Positions 27,534 to 41,740 of a stretch of DNA of 64,000 bases are shown in pieces. Made by a program: the position numbers and the translations under genes. A model generated the notes under the pieces. The model saw nothing but the letters and a program-made list of their open reading frames with translations, was not told the DNA's origin and did not search any database. Numbering within the stretch: the stretch's first letter is position 1; every line of letters begins with the position of its first letter. The stretch is from Octopus sinensis (lineage: Eukaryota): positions 54,746,001 to 54,810,000 of the forward strand of contig NC_043000.1 of the NCBI RefSeq assembly GCF_006345805.1, written 5' to 3'.

Positions 27534-29593
27534 AACATAATACAAGGAGATAGAGAGAGAGGGGGGAGAGAGACTGATAGACACACAGAATTATAGAATT
27601 GTATAAATATGAAACATACATAAATAAGTTGAATAAATACTTATATTCCATATATGGTGACATTTTCTGATGTACATTGTCATGACATTAATTGGAATCA
27701 CTTCAATGATTATTTACTTATACCAGTTTTAATATATATGGCTTCTGTCCTGTAAAGCTGGCTATTGAGAACATTTACAGTGATAGTCAACATCGTGGCT
27801 GATATCGAAATTCTAATTTCAATTCATACACTACAAAAATTTCTTTCGTAGAGACAAAAGTTTTTAACATTCATTTTACCATTCTATTTTTATTTTATTT
27901 CGCTCCTCTTATTCCCTATTTCACATCTCTTTTTTCTTTTTTCTAATACTTTGTCTGCATAACAACGTTTTACAACCTGACACTTACATACGCGCCTATC
28001 AAAACAATCTGGCCTTTCTACATGCTACTAATACCAGTTCCTCTTTCGCGGAGTTAGATTTTCTTTAGCGATTCACATATTGTAAATATTTTTCTTCAGC
28101 CTTTCTCTTCTTTGCTATACCTTCTGAAGTCGCAGCTTTTCATTTTTCTTTCTTTCTCTTGAGCTTACATCTATTCTATGGAATACTGTCTTATACTGAT
28201 GCTATCGCATACCTTTGTATTACAACCTCCATATTATTCTTGCTTTCTGTTTTAGCTCACACTTGTGTCCATTCTCATGTTCTCATTTCCTTTACGTTTC
28301 TCATCTTTTAAATCTATGGTACAAATCTGATCAACTAATTTGTAAATGTGTCTAATTAGGCATTTTTTCTCTATGTAAGGTAGTAAATTCTACTTAAATA
28401 TGTATAGTGTTATTTGTAAATTATCATACGATAAGTTTTAATATTCAAATTTTAAGTTTAGCTGAATATATTTTAAGTAAAATGTTTCTTATTCTTTACT
28501 TTACTAGAAGAAATAGCTTGTCCTATACTTGTACAGGTGTAATAACCTCTCCTCTACTTTTCCAGGTTTATAATCTTAAGAATATTACTTTTCATGCTCG
28601 CATTTTCCCATGTAATCCATGTCTTTTCGATGAATTGCTGTTATAGCATAATTAATAATGTGTCAATTAATAATTCAAGATTTCATCTAATAGAACACTG
28701 AAAGATAATATTTCAATTTTTCCATATAAGTGATGATAATATTTCAATTTCGTTCATGTTTAATTTAAATACATGTTGCGATTGAATTATTTGATATTAC
28801 TCATCCACAACAAATTATTGGCAGGGATTGTTGGTTGCACCATGGCTCACCAAAAGTTACAAACAACAAGACCCCACACCAGACTCACCTTAAGTAACCT
28901 AATTTTGTAATATTAGGAGGTCACAGGAATTCATTCAACGAAAAATTTCCAATGATTCCGGGATTGGGGTGGGAACCACGACATCATTTTTTCCTAACCA
29001 AAATAAGGTATTTGCAGCGTATCAAGAGGTTACGGTACTTGATTCCACGCAAAAACTCATTTTTTTCTTTTCTTTAGTGAAAATCTTGATGGAGTTAATA
29101 TAGAAGTTTACCATAATGTTCTTCTTATTTAGCCTCAAATTAACCCTGATACTGCAAACATATCATCAAAGACATTCAAACCTTAGGCAAACCGTCTTTT
29201 TAGGGATAATCTAGGACATTACGTACAATGGGCGTGTGATTTAGTTGGCTGCTATTTTTAACGTGTCGAGTGACCAGGTAGAGTTTCTTTCATTGGTTCA
29301 ATTGCGTGATGAGGTTTTTTTACACATACATGTATTATATATATATACCATCGACAGAAGTTAGTGAGTAAATCAAAAGCTGGGGTTTTCGTGCATTGGC
29401 ACCCATCAAACACGAATTTGTCCATTGTAACTCCTGACGAAATAACTTCTAAAATACAAAATATTGTTAAAAACGTTAAGAGTAAACCCTCTTCTATTTG
29501 ATACATTCTACCAGTATCGTAAGTTTGAAAGTGTTTAGTTTAGAAAAAAAGTAATTGAATAACCTGTACGCCAAATTGAATAGATCCAAAATA

Positions 29594-29703
29594 GATAAAA
29601 GCGAAGTCGACCTCGGCGAAATTTGAACTGAAGCGTAAAGACAGACGAAATACAGCTAAGCATTTCAGCATACGCGCTAGCGTTTCTTTCAGCTCGGCGC
29701 CTT
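29594..29703 (-). mobile_element. SINE family 1, 5' part
   Basis: GTCGACCTCGGCGAAATTTGAACT...GACAGACGAAATAC..CTAAGCATT. Confidence 0.85.
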
Positions 29704-30179
29704 AGAATGTAAACATTCATGTTAGAAATACATTCTTTATTCTTATTGCTTGGGCTTTACTTCTTAATTCCTCAATTACTGACAATAAATTTCAGAACAT
29801 TTTACCTCATAACACTTTGTCTAATAACTTTCGTTCAAGGCAACTAACGATTCTGAATTCCTCATGCACTTTTCTATCATTTAAGCCTAAGAAAAGTATA
29901 CTTCTATTTCAAATTTAAAGAGTTAATGTTAATTGAAGATGAATATTTGCCTTACTACCCACTTTGAGGTCTGACATATTTTGATGTAACTTTTTTCTAC
30001 CAAATCTCAAACTATTTATGCCAAAGTGTAGCTGAGGAGGTGTCCTCTTTAAAACTATTAACAGTTTGCAATTTAGTTGAGAACTGAATTACTGGTGAAG
30101 CTCGGAAGCTGCTACGATTGACGAAATGGTGGACTTAAGAAAATATTCAACCACTACCATGGTTGAATATGAGCACACA

Positions 30180-30192
30180 TATATCTCTATCT

Positions 30193-30259
<67 letters not shown>

Positions 30260-30272
30260 ATCTATCTGTCTG

Positions 30273-30325
<53 letters not shown>

Positions 30326-30370
30326 ATATATATATATATTATATATATATATATATTATATATATATATA
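30180..30370. repeat. (TATC)n plus (TA)n microsatellite
   Basis: Direct reading. Confidence 0.95.
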
Positions 30371-30854
30371 TACATGTACGTATATATGTATACTTATACG
30401 CAACTTACTTCCCTAACAGAAATGAACATTAAAAGTACAAATTAATGAGGTCTGTCGTCTCCAAACTAGTTTTTTCTATTGTTTTCCACCTATTGTTTTC
30501 TATAACTACTCTTATTTCCTCACTTCAAGTGCTCAAAATCGTCGATCTTTTACGCTTAGTCTAGATTTTGGGATTAGAATGTATTCATAAGGAGAAATCT
30601 GCTCTGTAGGAGATATGCGAAACAAGGATCTGAAAGTACAGCAATGAAATTTTACATATATGACGTGACGCACGAGCGGGTGCGTTGTAAATGCGCAACA
30701 TGCATGTCTCATTTGTTCTTTTACATCTACCTCCCTGAAGTTTTGTTTTACAACTACGTAAATTTCCTAAGGAAGACCATACAAAACTTATATTGGGCAC
30801 ATGAAAACATACAATTGGTTCAGAGCAGACTATATTAACATAACCTTTAATATT

Positions 30855-31200
30855 AAGGCGGCGAGCTGGCAGAATCATTAGCACGCCGGGGGAAACGCTT
30901 AGCGGTATTTCGTCTTCGGCTACATTCTGGTTTCAAATTCCGCCGTGGTTGACTTTGCCTTTCATCCTTTCGGGGTCGATAAATTAAGTACCAGTTACGC
31001 ACTGGGGTCGATGTAATCGACTTAATACCTATGTCTGTCCTTGTTTGTCCCCTGTGTGTTTAGCCCCTTGTGGGTAATAAAGAAATAGGTATTTCGTCTT
31101 CGGCTACATTCTGGTTTCAAATTCCGCCGTGTTTGACTTTGCCTTTCAACCTTTCGGGATTGATTAAATAAATACCAGTTACGAATTGGAGTTGAAATCT
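30855..31200 (+). mobile_element. Dimeric SINE family 1 copy with a fixed internal spacer
   Basis: Head AAGGCGGCGAGCTGGCAGAATC, body, spacer of about 70 bp, then a second body starting GGTATTTCGTCTTCGGCTACATTCTGG. Confidence 0.9.
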
Positions 31201-31689
31201 TGGAAGACGAACATTTGCATATGCTTACCTTCGGACACTTCACGGACAATTAATCTCCAATATTTGCAGACAAGAACATACATTATTTTAATGTGGTTAT
31301 AGCTCGTAATCATGGAGTGCCATGCAGATGTGGTAGTGTCTTATGGTGAATGTTGTTCCTAAATTAATACATTAGTACGGCACGTGATTTTCAGTACGGT
31401 TTACACACTCCTTGTATGCCTGTGAGTTAAACATATGTTGAATCTGGCAAATGTTTCAAAGAGGTAATCGAATCTGTTATTATTACATAATGTGAAAGTT
31501 ACCCATTTCAACGCTGCACCTCAGAGTACACAATGAAGAATGGGAGTCCTTCAGGACTACCAATTTTTTGCGTTTTGCCTGTATTCCCTCTTTTCGCTTA
31601 GTCGAACTAATACTTAATTATTCTCGTTAGATTTTTCACGCCCCCCCCCCCGAAAACGTAATATTGGAAGTTGGTTTTTGAAGTGATAT

Positions 31690-32260
31690 CCTTCGGAAGT
31701 TAATCAACTCCAAATGGGGAGCAACATCACACACAGTTCGCTCTACTGCTCTAGCTGTGATCTATTCCTCTGTAAAGCATTTCCAGTCCAAATGAGATTA
31801 GCACATGCTAAGGAATTTGTTTGATCAAGCTTGGGATATCGCTTACAGCCTGATTACTAATTGCATGGAAGCTACAAACATAAATCACCTGCATCTCCAT
31901 CAATCAATAACCCCTGCCGATATCAGATGGGAACTGGTCAGTCGAGCTGAGATAAGAATAGCTTCTAGTGATGAACTCCTTTTCTTTTATAGGAAATCTC
32001 ACGATTGGAACGCTTGAAATCGATTCTCTTCTAATCAACATAAATGGGTATCCTCTTCATGCAGAAATTCTTCCTAGATAACAGAAAGAGCATGGTTTCG
32101 TTGGAACATACTCAATCACCTGAGAACGAGAACGGGGCGATCAACAGTTACTTTGCTGAGAGGGAGTAACTAGCTTTGAATGTGCAGAAGCAAACCATAC
32201 CATGCTGTACTGCCTTGTCGTCCCTCTTCTACCTAACCCCTTCAGTACGAAATACCTTGA
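31690..32260 (+). mobile_element. Old RTEX/RTE-like LINE 3' remnant (post-RT region)
   Basis: WGATSHTVRSTALAVIYSS...DQAWDIAYSLITNC...ITPADIRW...SRAE, interrupted by stops. Confidence 0.7.
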
Positions 32261-34510
32261 AGAGTTCAAGAAAATGAAAAGAACTGTGTAAATAAATGAA
32301 TAAATGGGAAGTTATCACATAGTCATTACGCTTCGGAGAATCGAAAGAGGAAAGAATGTTGACCTGTCATTTCATCGTTCGAAACGTTATTTTACTGAAA
32401 AGAACGACAAATTGTGTCTCTCCGTATCAACAATAATATTGATCATATTAGTAACTCATAGTGAATTTCTAATGAATGAATCCATGTAAATTAATTTCTC
32501 ATCATACTAAATTTATTCAAAACAGCAGTAATATTGACATGACAATAACTGAACGGGTCAATTTAATGTTAATTTGTTGCAAAACCCATTCTGCTAAAAC
32601 ATAACTTCCATTGTGTTTATACGAATACACTCGTAAAATTCTATATTTTTTATGAAGAATACTTAATAATATTGATTACCTCATTAGACATAATGCCAGA
32701 AATTCATTTGAGTGAAGAAAGATTTTCTGCGAGATTCTACCGTTTTCAAGAGCAACAGCAACGCTGTCGAATAGAATGAACATAATAATAGCGTAAAATA
32801 ACATTTCTAAACAGTATAATATTTCCATGTTTTTTTTTTTGTTTCAATTTCACTTCAGCAAGTAAGAACAATAAACGAAATGGGGAATCAGACAATATAT
32901 AATAGCAAGTAAATTTCAGAATACTGCTGGACTAGAGTTCGCAACATAATTAGGATTTAGTTACTTTTTTACACTTCAAGTTGCTGTGGGTCTTTGACGT
33001 GGGTTATGCAAAACCAAAAATATCTGTTGGAGTGAATTGTTTGTCATCTGAAAAGAAAAGATTCGTGCTTTATTGAATATTCCTGTGTTTAAATTAGTTC
33101 AATGATAAAATGAACATAACGTTATTAAAAGTGTATTCTCCCATGTGGATTCATGTCTTGAAACTTCAAAATTAATAATTGTGGTATTAGTGCAGTTTTC
33201 AAATTAGAGAACTTCTCAGTGGGAAATCCGAAACACATGATTCCATTTGAAAGGCACAGCGATGATGAATTTAATTTTTTTCTCTTTCATTTCGCTGCTT
33301 CTACTTTAATATTTAGTGCATATTACCTTTAGAATATTCTATAATTGCATCAACGTTTTCTTTTTTTAAAGTTTAATTCCTGACCACCTTTTCCATAATA
33401 CAATCAACGACTTTGAAATTTAGATGCCATGTATTTTCCTCCGAATGCCGCATATAATACTTTTACTCAATGTTGAGCATATTTCAACGAACTTCTGTTT
33501 AGTATTTAATTATACCGCACTATCGACTACAAATATTTCCAGTATTCCCCAGTAGAGTCCCCGCGCACACTTTCATACAAGTACACACACACAATCACAG
33601 AGCGGAAAATACAAATGGAAACCCCTGTACACTCAAACACATAGAGGCGTAGTTCATATATTTTTTTTATTTTAATTAATTATTTACATTTCCTCAAATT
33701 TTGAAGATGTCTCCAGCGATAAATATAGATTAGTATACAGAGAAAATTAAATGGATATATTATAGTTCGCCTTTAATAGTCCTCAAAATTGATCCTGCAG
33801 CATACGTCATACACAGAACACCGATAGCTTCGTTGACTATACTAGCTATATTCGCTTTCAACAAGCAGGAAGAATGAGCTAATGTAAAATATAAAGCTAC
33901 TGTCTTAGACAGTCCTCTGTTTATGGACACTCGTCAGAATCCACCATATCTACTTACCCACCCGTAATAAGTTTAAAATACTAAAGTGTCTCCTTTATTA
34001 TTTTTTTTTCTTATGTTGGTACATCATTTTAGGCTTTGCATTGAACGTGGGTCTAAAGTCAATGCAATTTCCTGAATACAGTGAGGAAGTGCGGGGCATT
34101 AACCGTTGGAAAGTGTGAGAAGTGTAACCGAATAATGGAGAGATGGGAAGCGAGTGCCATATTAAGAATCTCAACTTAACTAAAATGATCATTGATATTA
34201 GCCGATTTGTAATAATATTAAAGGCAATTATCGTGTACATCCCTCTTTATAAATCAAGGTTGCCCAATAAAATACTAAATATCATGAGTCTAATTTAGCT
34301 TAAAATTAATTACTCTAATATATATATAACCTATGGTGGAAAGGATAATTTTTCTTTAAATAAGTATACTGTCTATGCTTACTTATGCATCTATAAATGC
34401 TGGTGGGTGTATGTGTGCGTGTGAATCTATGTACTTTTGGTTATATGTGTGTTTGTATATACATGAATGTATATATATATATGTATATATGATCAGATAT
34501 ACATATATGT

Positions 34511-34587
<77 letters not shown>

Positions 34588-37500
34588 TATATGTATCTAT
34601 GTCAGTATGTATACTCACATACACACAAGCGCATACATATACTTACATAGAATTGCATCAACAACATTACATATTTATTTAGTCAATTAATCTTATACTG
34701 TGGACCAAAAAATGACATATACAAGCCTCCTCTAGCATTTTGTTATATCAAAATATAGAAGAGACATTCCAGATAAAACATCGCATTTTATATTCATAAA
34801 CACAGCCGGTAACATACGCAGCTATATACAGTTCTGTATTATCTTGAAGTACTTCAAAGTAGTATATATATATAACTTTGTAAATACAACGTTGTTATTA
34901 GACTCCTACTTGTCAGTCTGCGTCCAACGAATGAATTTTCCTGCATTTTAAAATCTGTAAGAGGGCCATTGACAATGATGGTTGCCCAAAACGTTGAATC
35001 TCTACTTCTTGAACAACACTGGTACAGAGTCACTGATGACCTACATTATTATGTCAGTCAATGGTAGAATTTTGTCTATCGACCTTATCAGTAACGGTAC
35101 TACAATCTTAAGGTCTTTACTCTTCTCTATTCAACTCTTGGATCACCAATAGTTTATCAACATTCACATAACCAATGTTCGTTAGTACACCTTATTCTCT
35201 CCATTCCATACACCAAGGACTCACTTGCCGTGAAGTCCAACAACAATCAGTAGCTGTATGGTTCATTCTCCTCTAATCTTCCATACTTACGCATTAACCT
35301 CACGCAAAGTAATCACCACACTGACTTCATGAAGAAAGATTTCGGAAGCTACCTCTAACAGACACGCTTTATCATCTTTTCAAGCGCTTATATAAAGCTG
35401 CTGATCCGATGATATCACTGTGGTCAAACAACCAACGCTCTCGCTACTTCCATCTCATCCTCCTTTGTTTCTCCAAACTTTCAGGACTCTTAACTCATAA
35501 ATATTCTCATTTTGTCCCAGCCTTCCAAAAGTTCCTTTTGTCTCAGCCCTCCAAAATTCCTTTCTCCAATCTTGTCTTTCACGTCGATGTTGACTTCTTA
35601 CTGTTCACGGCGGATATCAATGACATCAACGTCCCCTGTCTAAGTAGAACTGCAAAGACGAGAACTAGTAAATAAAACAGAAATATTTCTCAGTTTATAT
35701 ACAAGAAAACTTGTGAAAACTATTTTGTATTTTTACCGTTTTTCAAGATTGGATTTTAATATAGATTTTAAATTTAACACAATTTTCGTTCGAAATTTGA
35801 ACTTTTCTTTTTTTTTTATATTTGTGTTATTCTTCTAGTTTAACTGAAACACGAGATTCGAATTCCGAATACTAATGATTTTATATTTTTAGCAATATAT
35901 ATAAGTATATTATATACACCTATTCAGCCACATGCATATGCGTTCATATTTGAATATATGTAAATATGTGGGTATGCGCGTCTGCGCGTGTGTTTGTTTG
36001 TATGTCTGTGTGCGTCTATGTACTTAGAAACATAATATTTTTTACATACTAAATACGAGTAATTATTGTAAACTAAACCTATACTTGTTTTAAATTTTCG
36101 AACTCAACATCATCACCTATAGACATCGGAACGATGTGACATCATTAACAACAGAAAATTATGTATGTTTATTTTAGTTATGCGGTATTGCTAAATAAGA
36201 ATATTCTGAATATTATCAAAAAAATATTTACAAAGTAAATTGATCATGTCGCACATACTTCGGTGGTATAAAAACAATATTTTATGTAAATGTAAATACC
36301 ATATAGGCTCCAATATGCTCATCAAATTTCCGTTTACTGACACATTCTGTTACTCATAACAGTGTCTATAATTCGTTTGTTAGTTTCATTGTTTTAATAA
36401 ACATTTAGCTGCACCATATAAATATTTATGATTCTAGCATAAATACTGTCTTTTTTTTTTACGTAAGAAGAAATTTTGCTAATTTTATTCTATACATTTT
36501 ATATAACCAATTTTAATGAGATTTTGAAAAAAAGCATTAATGCTACTGAAATTCAGTTCATACCATTTTAAGATTTAATATATTCAAGAAACATGTTTCA
36601 CATAATGTTGAATAACTTAGGATCCAATAGAAAAGCAGATTCCAAACTTTGCAGCACATTTGTTGACATGCTGAACGGGACAAACAAATTTCATTCAAAT
36701 AACTTCCTACGACTGAAAATCATTAATTAAAAGTACTTTCTATCGAGGAAATTACTGAACAACAATATCTTATTCTAACAGTAACTATAAAATCAAGAAT
36801 ATGTCTTATATTTTACCACTTACAAAATACAATGCCTTTATTCCACAAGCGATAAGACGAGACTAGCCCATTTCAGTTGACTACATTTCTATTGGCTATC
36901 ATTTGTCAAATATTACATTTCTTTCCAGAATTGTCTACTGAAATAGAATCTAGTGAATGGCTTTGGCATCGACAACTAAAGATATTGGTATCTGAGTCAT
37001 ACATTATTTCAGCCATGTCATATCGTATTTTTTTGTTCATGTGATTTATAAGATTCCGTTCATTGGTTCAAGAAGCTCTAGCGTAATTTTATATTATTCA
37101 TGGCCATTTTGGATAAGTATTAAAGATATATCCTCATGTCATACTTCTTAGAAAATAAGTATAAGAATACGATGCATGCGAGGCAATGGATAAAACTGGG
37201 AAATAATGCATTATGGATATGAAATCTTGTAGACAGTAATGATTGATCGATTTTGTCTTTCACAAAAACAGCCGTGAAAACTGTAACCGATTGATAACAT
37301 AGAATCTTATTTGATTGATGATATGCAATGGTCGCTTTCTTTATATCTGAGATCAAGCATCAATATAACGCAAGTTATTGTAGAATTTCTGTGCTCATTG
37401 GAAGCCTTTGAACTGCGAACTTAAATATCGTATTGTAATTTTATGAGCCATTTTTTATTAAGGTATATTTCATGGTAGTCTTTGTTTCAAAATTGCGTTC

Positions 37501-37934
37501 TTACACTTTTAGTTATCTCCTGAGAACTGAGAAAACTGGCATTTGCCAGTACAAAATCGATTAGATATGGATGAGGGTAAGTTGAAAATGTAAGGACATA
37601 AATCTTGAAACAAAAGTTTCATTGACGGAATTTGTAGCCTCATTAGCTGCTTTGTCTCTGGAACACTATTACGATATAATGAAGCATTTATACACGAAAA
37701 GATATATGCATGTGTGTGAGTATTTGTGCGTGTATATATGTGTATATATATATATGAATATGTATATATATACATATACACATACACGTTTGTATATACA
37801 CAGATATGTGTATGTACATTATGTATATATACGTACAATGTATATATGGGTATGTAGAGAAAGTATATTATATATATGTATATATTTATATATTCAGCTG
37901 TCTGCCTACCCATGTATATATGTCTCTCTCTCTT

Positions 37935-38025
<91 letters not shown>

Positions 38026-38689
38026 GAGCACGTGGCGTCAGGTTGAATGAGGATATTATTTAAGCTTATGAGATTTTCCTTTTAATAAGCAATTATATAT
38101 TCGCTGTGACAAGTACTATTGCGGCCACACGTCGGTTAGTCCAACGGTAAATACAAAATTATCACTTTGAATAGTTTAAATATTATAGACTGTTAGTCCT
38201 TTTCCTGAAAACAATGAGGGTAGGAAATTACAACTAGGTAAGTTTAAATATGCTCATGACGTATTTCAAGTTTTAAAAGCAAATTCACTGCAGTTACCCT
38301 GGAGAAAAAATACCCGCTTTTGTTAAAAGGTGTAAAAACACCATATCTACCTAGAGTGTTCCCATGTGGAATTCCAGGAACAGTGTTTCTAGTTTACCCG
38401 GTATATTGGTAAATACGGAGACAGGTAACTTAGGGCAAATTTAAAGCCGTTGTGAATTTTCTTTCAGGAGTCGATATATTCTATAAACATATTTTAATTA
38501 ACCTAAATTCATTACTATAATTTACAGTGGCAGAAGAACATCTTTGTTACTTATTTGCTTTTTATTCACCTAACTTAGAGCTGGGCGGACAATACCGAAC
38601 TGACGTAACTGACTTACGTGCCGAACTTACGTACCTAATTCAACTGGATCTTAATTATTTCTTATGTATATATATGTAACTATTTTTTA

Positions 38690-40753
38690 AATTTTATTTA
38701 GTTTCAGTTCACAAGCTGTGGCCATGCTGGGGCACCACCATTTGGTGTTGCTACATGATTTTACTTCACGAATGCTTTTTAGCAAATGCCATCAGGTGCA
38801 TGAGAGAGTTTGATGCAGCTGCCCTCATCTGCACCTCCTACCGTGAAGTTGGATCATCTGGGACACCTGACAAGATGAGATCCCGTTTCATTTTAAAGAC
38901 ATCTGCATCCACTCCATGCAGGTCTCTTAGGTTCTTCGGGAGGATATTGAAGAGCTGTGGGCCTCTGAAGCCCAGGCTATCACAGTATCTTGTCCTACAT
39001 CTTGATGGCAAATTTGGAGTCCTTGGCACTATGCAGTGGCGCCCAGTTCTGGCATTTGTGTAACTCTCGATGCCAAAGTTTGGTACAAGTTCTTCTAGGA
39101 CCTTCCAGATGTATATTATGGCATATCTTTCTCGCCTACGCTCTAAGGAATAGAGTCTCAATCTCTTGAGTCTTTCCCAATAGCATATATACAGCACAGA
39201 GGCTATCTTCTTCGTGTATCTTCGTTGGATCGCCTCAAGTTCTGTGATTAACTTGACACTGGATGGTGACCATAGATGTGAGCAATAGTCAAAGTGGCTT
39301 AGGACAAGTGTCCTCCAGAGGACCATCATGGTTTCCTGGTCTCTTGTTCTAAATGTTCTAAGAATCCACCCGGTCAGCCGCCTACATTTCATTCCCAATT
39401 TAGCAACATGCACATGTTGCATAATCACTCATGTAAATACCCAGGTCTCGCACTGATTGTGCCTTTGGGATTGCAATTCCTCCAGGTCCAGTGTATTTAT
39501 TGGGTATTGCATTTAGTTTTGCATGCTGATAGCATAAAGCTTGAAACTTTTCAGTATTGAACTGCATGCTATTCTTTTCAGCCCACTTGTATATTTTGTC
39601 CAGCTCACATTGCAGGTGCTTAGTGTCTTCAGGGTTCTGTATTGCCTGTGAAACTTTTGTATCATCTGCATAACTTGTGATCGTGGCTCTCTGCGTGGTT
39701 GAGGGCATGTCTGAGAGGGCCATTATGAACAGTAGTGGTCCCAGAACAGTGCCTTGCGGAACACCGCTCACTATTTGCGTGTTAATGGAAGTGGCTACTA
39801 CCACCTCATTTCCATTGGCTGCTACCACCTGATTTCTATCCTTCAGAAAGTCATGAAGCCATTCTCCCAATTTTCCAACTATGTTTGTGACATATCATTC
39901 CATGATCGACTTTATCAAAGGCCTTTGCAAAGTCGAAATATATGATTTCTACATGTGAGTGGTTGAGCAGTCGTTTCAGCACCCAGTCATAGTGTTGTAG
40001 GTATCTGAGTTAAGCAGCTTCTTCCTGGTCAGAAACCATGTTGGGTGTCAGGCAGCAAGTCATTTTCTTCAAGGAAGGTGATTAGTTTTCTTCTGACTAT
40101 TCGTTCGATGACCTTGCTGACGTGTTAGGTCAGAGCGATAGGTCTGTAGTTTTTGGCCTCCGCTCTGCTACCTCCTTTATGAATAGGGCACATTTTACCT
40201 TCCTTCAGTTTTCTTGGAAGTTTGCCAGTTGCAAGGAAGCTCTGAAAGAGGAAATGCAGTGGTCTTGCTAGGACTCTCTTACATACTTTTAGAAGGATTG
40301 CTGGGAATCCATCGGGGCCAGTAGCTGAGTTTGTTTTCATCAATAGCCTTTATTACATCGTCTTCCTTTATATTGATGTAATCAATCATCGCTGCCTCTG
40401 ATTTTATATCTGCAGTGGTAAAGAAGTCAGTTGGATTGCTGACTTGAAAATGCTCTAGGGGTGGAGTGAAAATACTCTTGAATTGCTCATTTCGTATTTC
40501 ACTTACCCTCATTGGATTTCCTGTGAGTGTGCCATCCTTTTCAAGGAGTGGCTCTATCCTACAGTGCACCTAGCTGTTTCTTTGGCATACCCGTAGAAAG
40601 CTCTGGGGTTAGATTGTATGTTGTCTATATCCCAGGCTTCTTTGTCTGCTTTTTCTTTTTCATGGGAGAGTTGCAGACATTTTTCAATTTCCAACAGTTT
40701 TATTTTCAGGCGGGACTTTTCACTGCTTTCAATTTGTTTGTTTAGGCGATTTG

Positions 40754-40790
<37 letters not shown>

Positions 40791-41005
40791 TGTATGTATG
40801 TATTTCGTTTTTCAGTTTGGTTTGCAAGATTCTTTATATTTTGTTCGTGTGTTGAAGCATATTCTGTTGTGTCTGGGGAGTCATTTTCTTTTTGTGCCAT
40901 ATTATGTAACGCACTCACCGGTAAAATTGCCACTTTTTTTCTTATTTTTATTGTCCTAAAATTTTTGTTGCGTCTTGCAACCTTTTCAATAGTTTTGACT
41001 CTGTC
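38690..41005 (-). mobile_element. 5'-truncated CR1-clade LINE (LINE-B), a different family from LINE-A
   Basis: NPRAFYGYAK, ATGPDGFP, NYRPIALT, SGVPQGTVLGPLLF, YADD, FDYCSHLWSP and YSLERRRERY. Frameshifts and stops present; (TA)n expansion at 40757-40806. Confidence 0.92.
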
Positions 41006-41028
41006 CGTTATTTACATATTTATATATA

Positions 41029-41157
41029 GGCGCAGAAGTGGCTGTGTGGTGAGTAGCTTGCTTACCAGCAACATGGTTCCGGGTTCAGTCCCACTGCGTG
41101 GCACATTGTGCAAGTGTCTTCTACTATAGCCCGAGGCCGACTAAAGAAGCCCGTCGG

Positions 41158-41211
<54 letters not shown>

Positions 41212-41415
41212 GTGTATGCGTGCGTTTGTGTGTCTGAGTTTGTCCCCCACCATCGCTTGACAACCGATGCATGTGTGTTTACTTAGCAGTTTGCCAAACG
41301 GTACCGATAGAATAAGTGCTAGACTTACAAAGAATAAGTTATGCGGTCGATTTGCTCGACTAAAGGTGGTGTTCCAGCATGCACATAGTCAAATGACTGA
41401 AACAAATAAAAGAAA
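41029..41415 (+). mobile_element. SINE family 2 (tRNA-like head, central CA/TG microsatellite, CR1-like 3' tail)
   Basis: A-box-like TGGCTGTGTGG and B-box-like GGTTCAGTCC; tail GGTGGTGTTCCAGCATG...GACTGAAAC. Confidence 0.85.
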
Positions 41416-41740
41416 ACATATATATATATATGCATAATAACTATAATAATACATAATGATAATAATATATATTCTCCGATTTAAAGTGACATCTGTATAT
41501 GAACAATTTGACTGAAAAATGATAAGCTAACTCTAGCAAGAATCGGACCCACATATCAGCACTTACACGACTGCACGTGCATCCGATGGAGTCAAACGCT
41601 CACCAAATATAGATATGTGCACAGATATATCTTCGCGCGTGCGCGTGTGTCTTTGTGCGCGCATGCCTGTAATTAAGAATCTCGCATTGTAACGAGGTGG
41701 CTTCCGGTTCAGTCTCACCGTTTGGAACTTTGAGTGATCA

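Noticed and set aside
28870-29030. Minus-strand AAG|GTGAGT donor suggesting an exon
   Set aside because: All upstream frames I read hit stops and show no homology.
33998-34130. Pyrimidine tract plus AG followed by short open frames (LCIERGSKVNA, ankyrin-like)
   Set aside because: That frame stops immediately and the similarity is too short.
35033-35090. CTGATGA core
   Set aside because: No GAAA in register and no stem I.
35150-35650. Possible ancient RTE-like 3' remnant on the minus strand
   Set aside because: Only vague compositional resemblance; no motif I could pin down.
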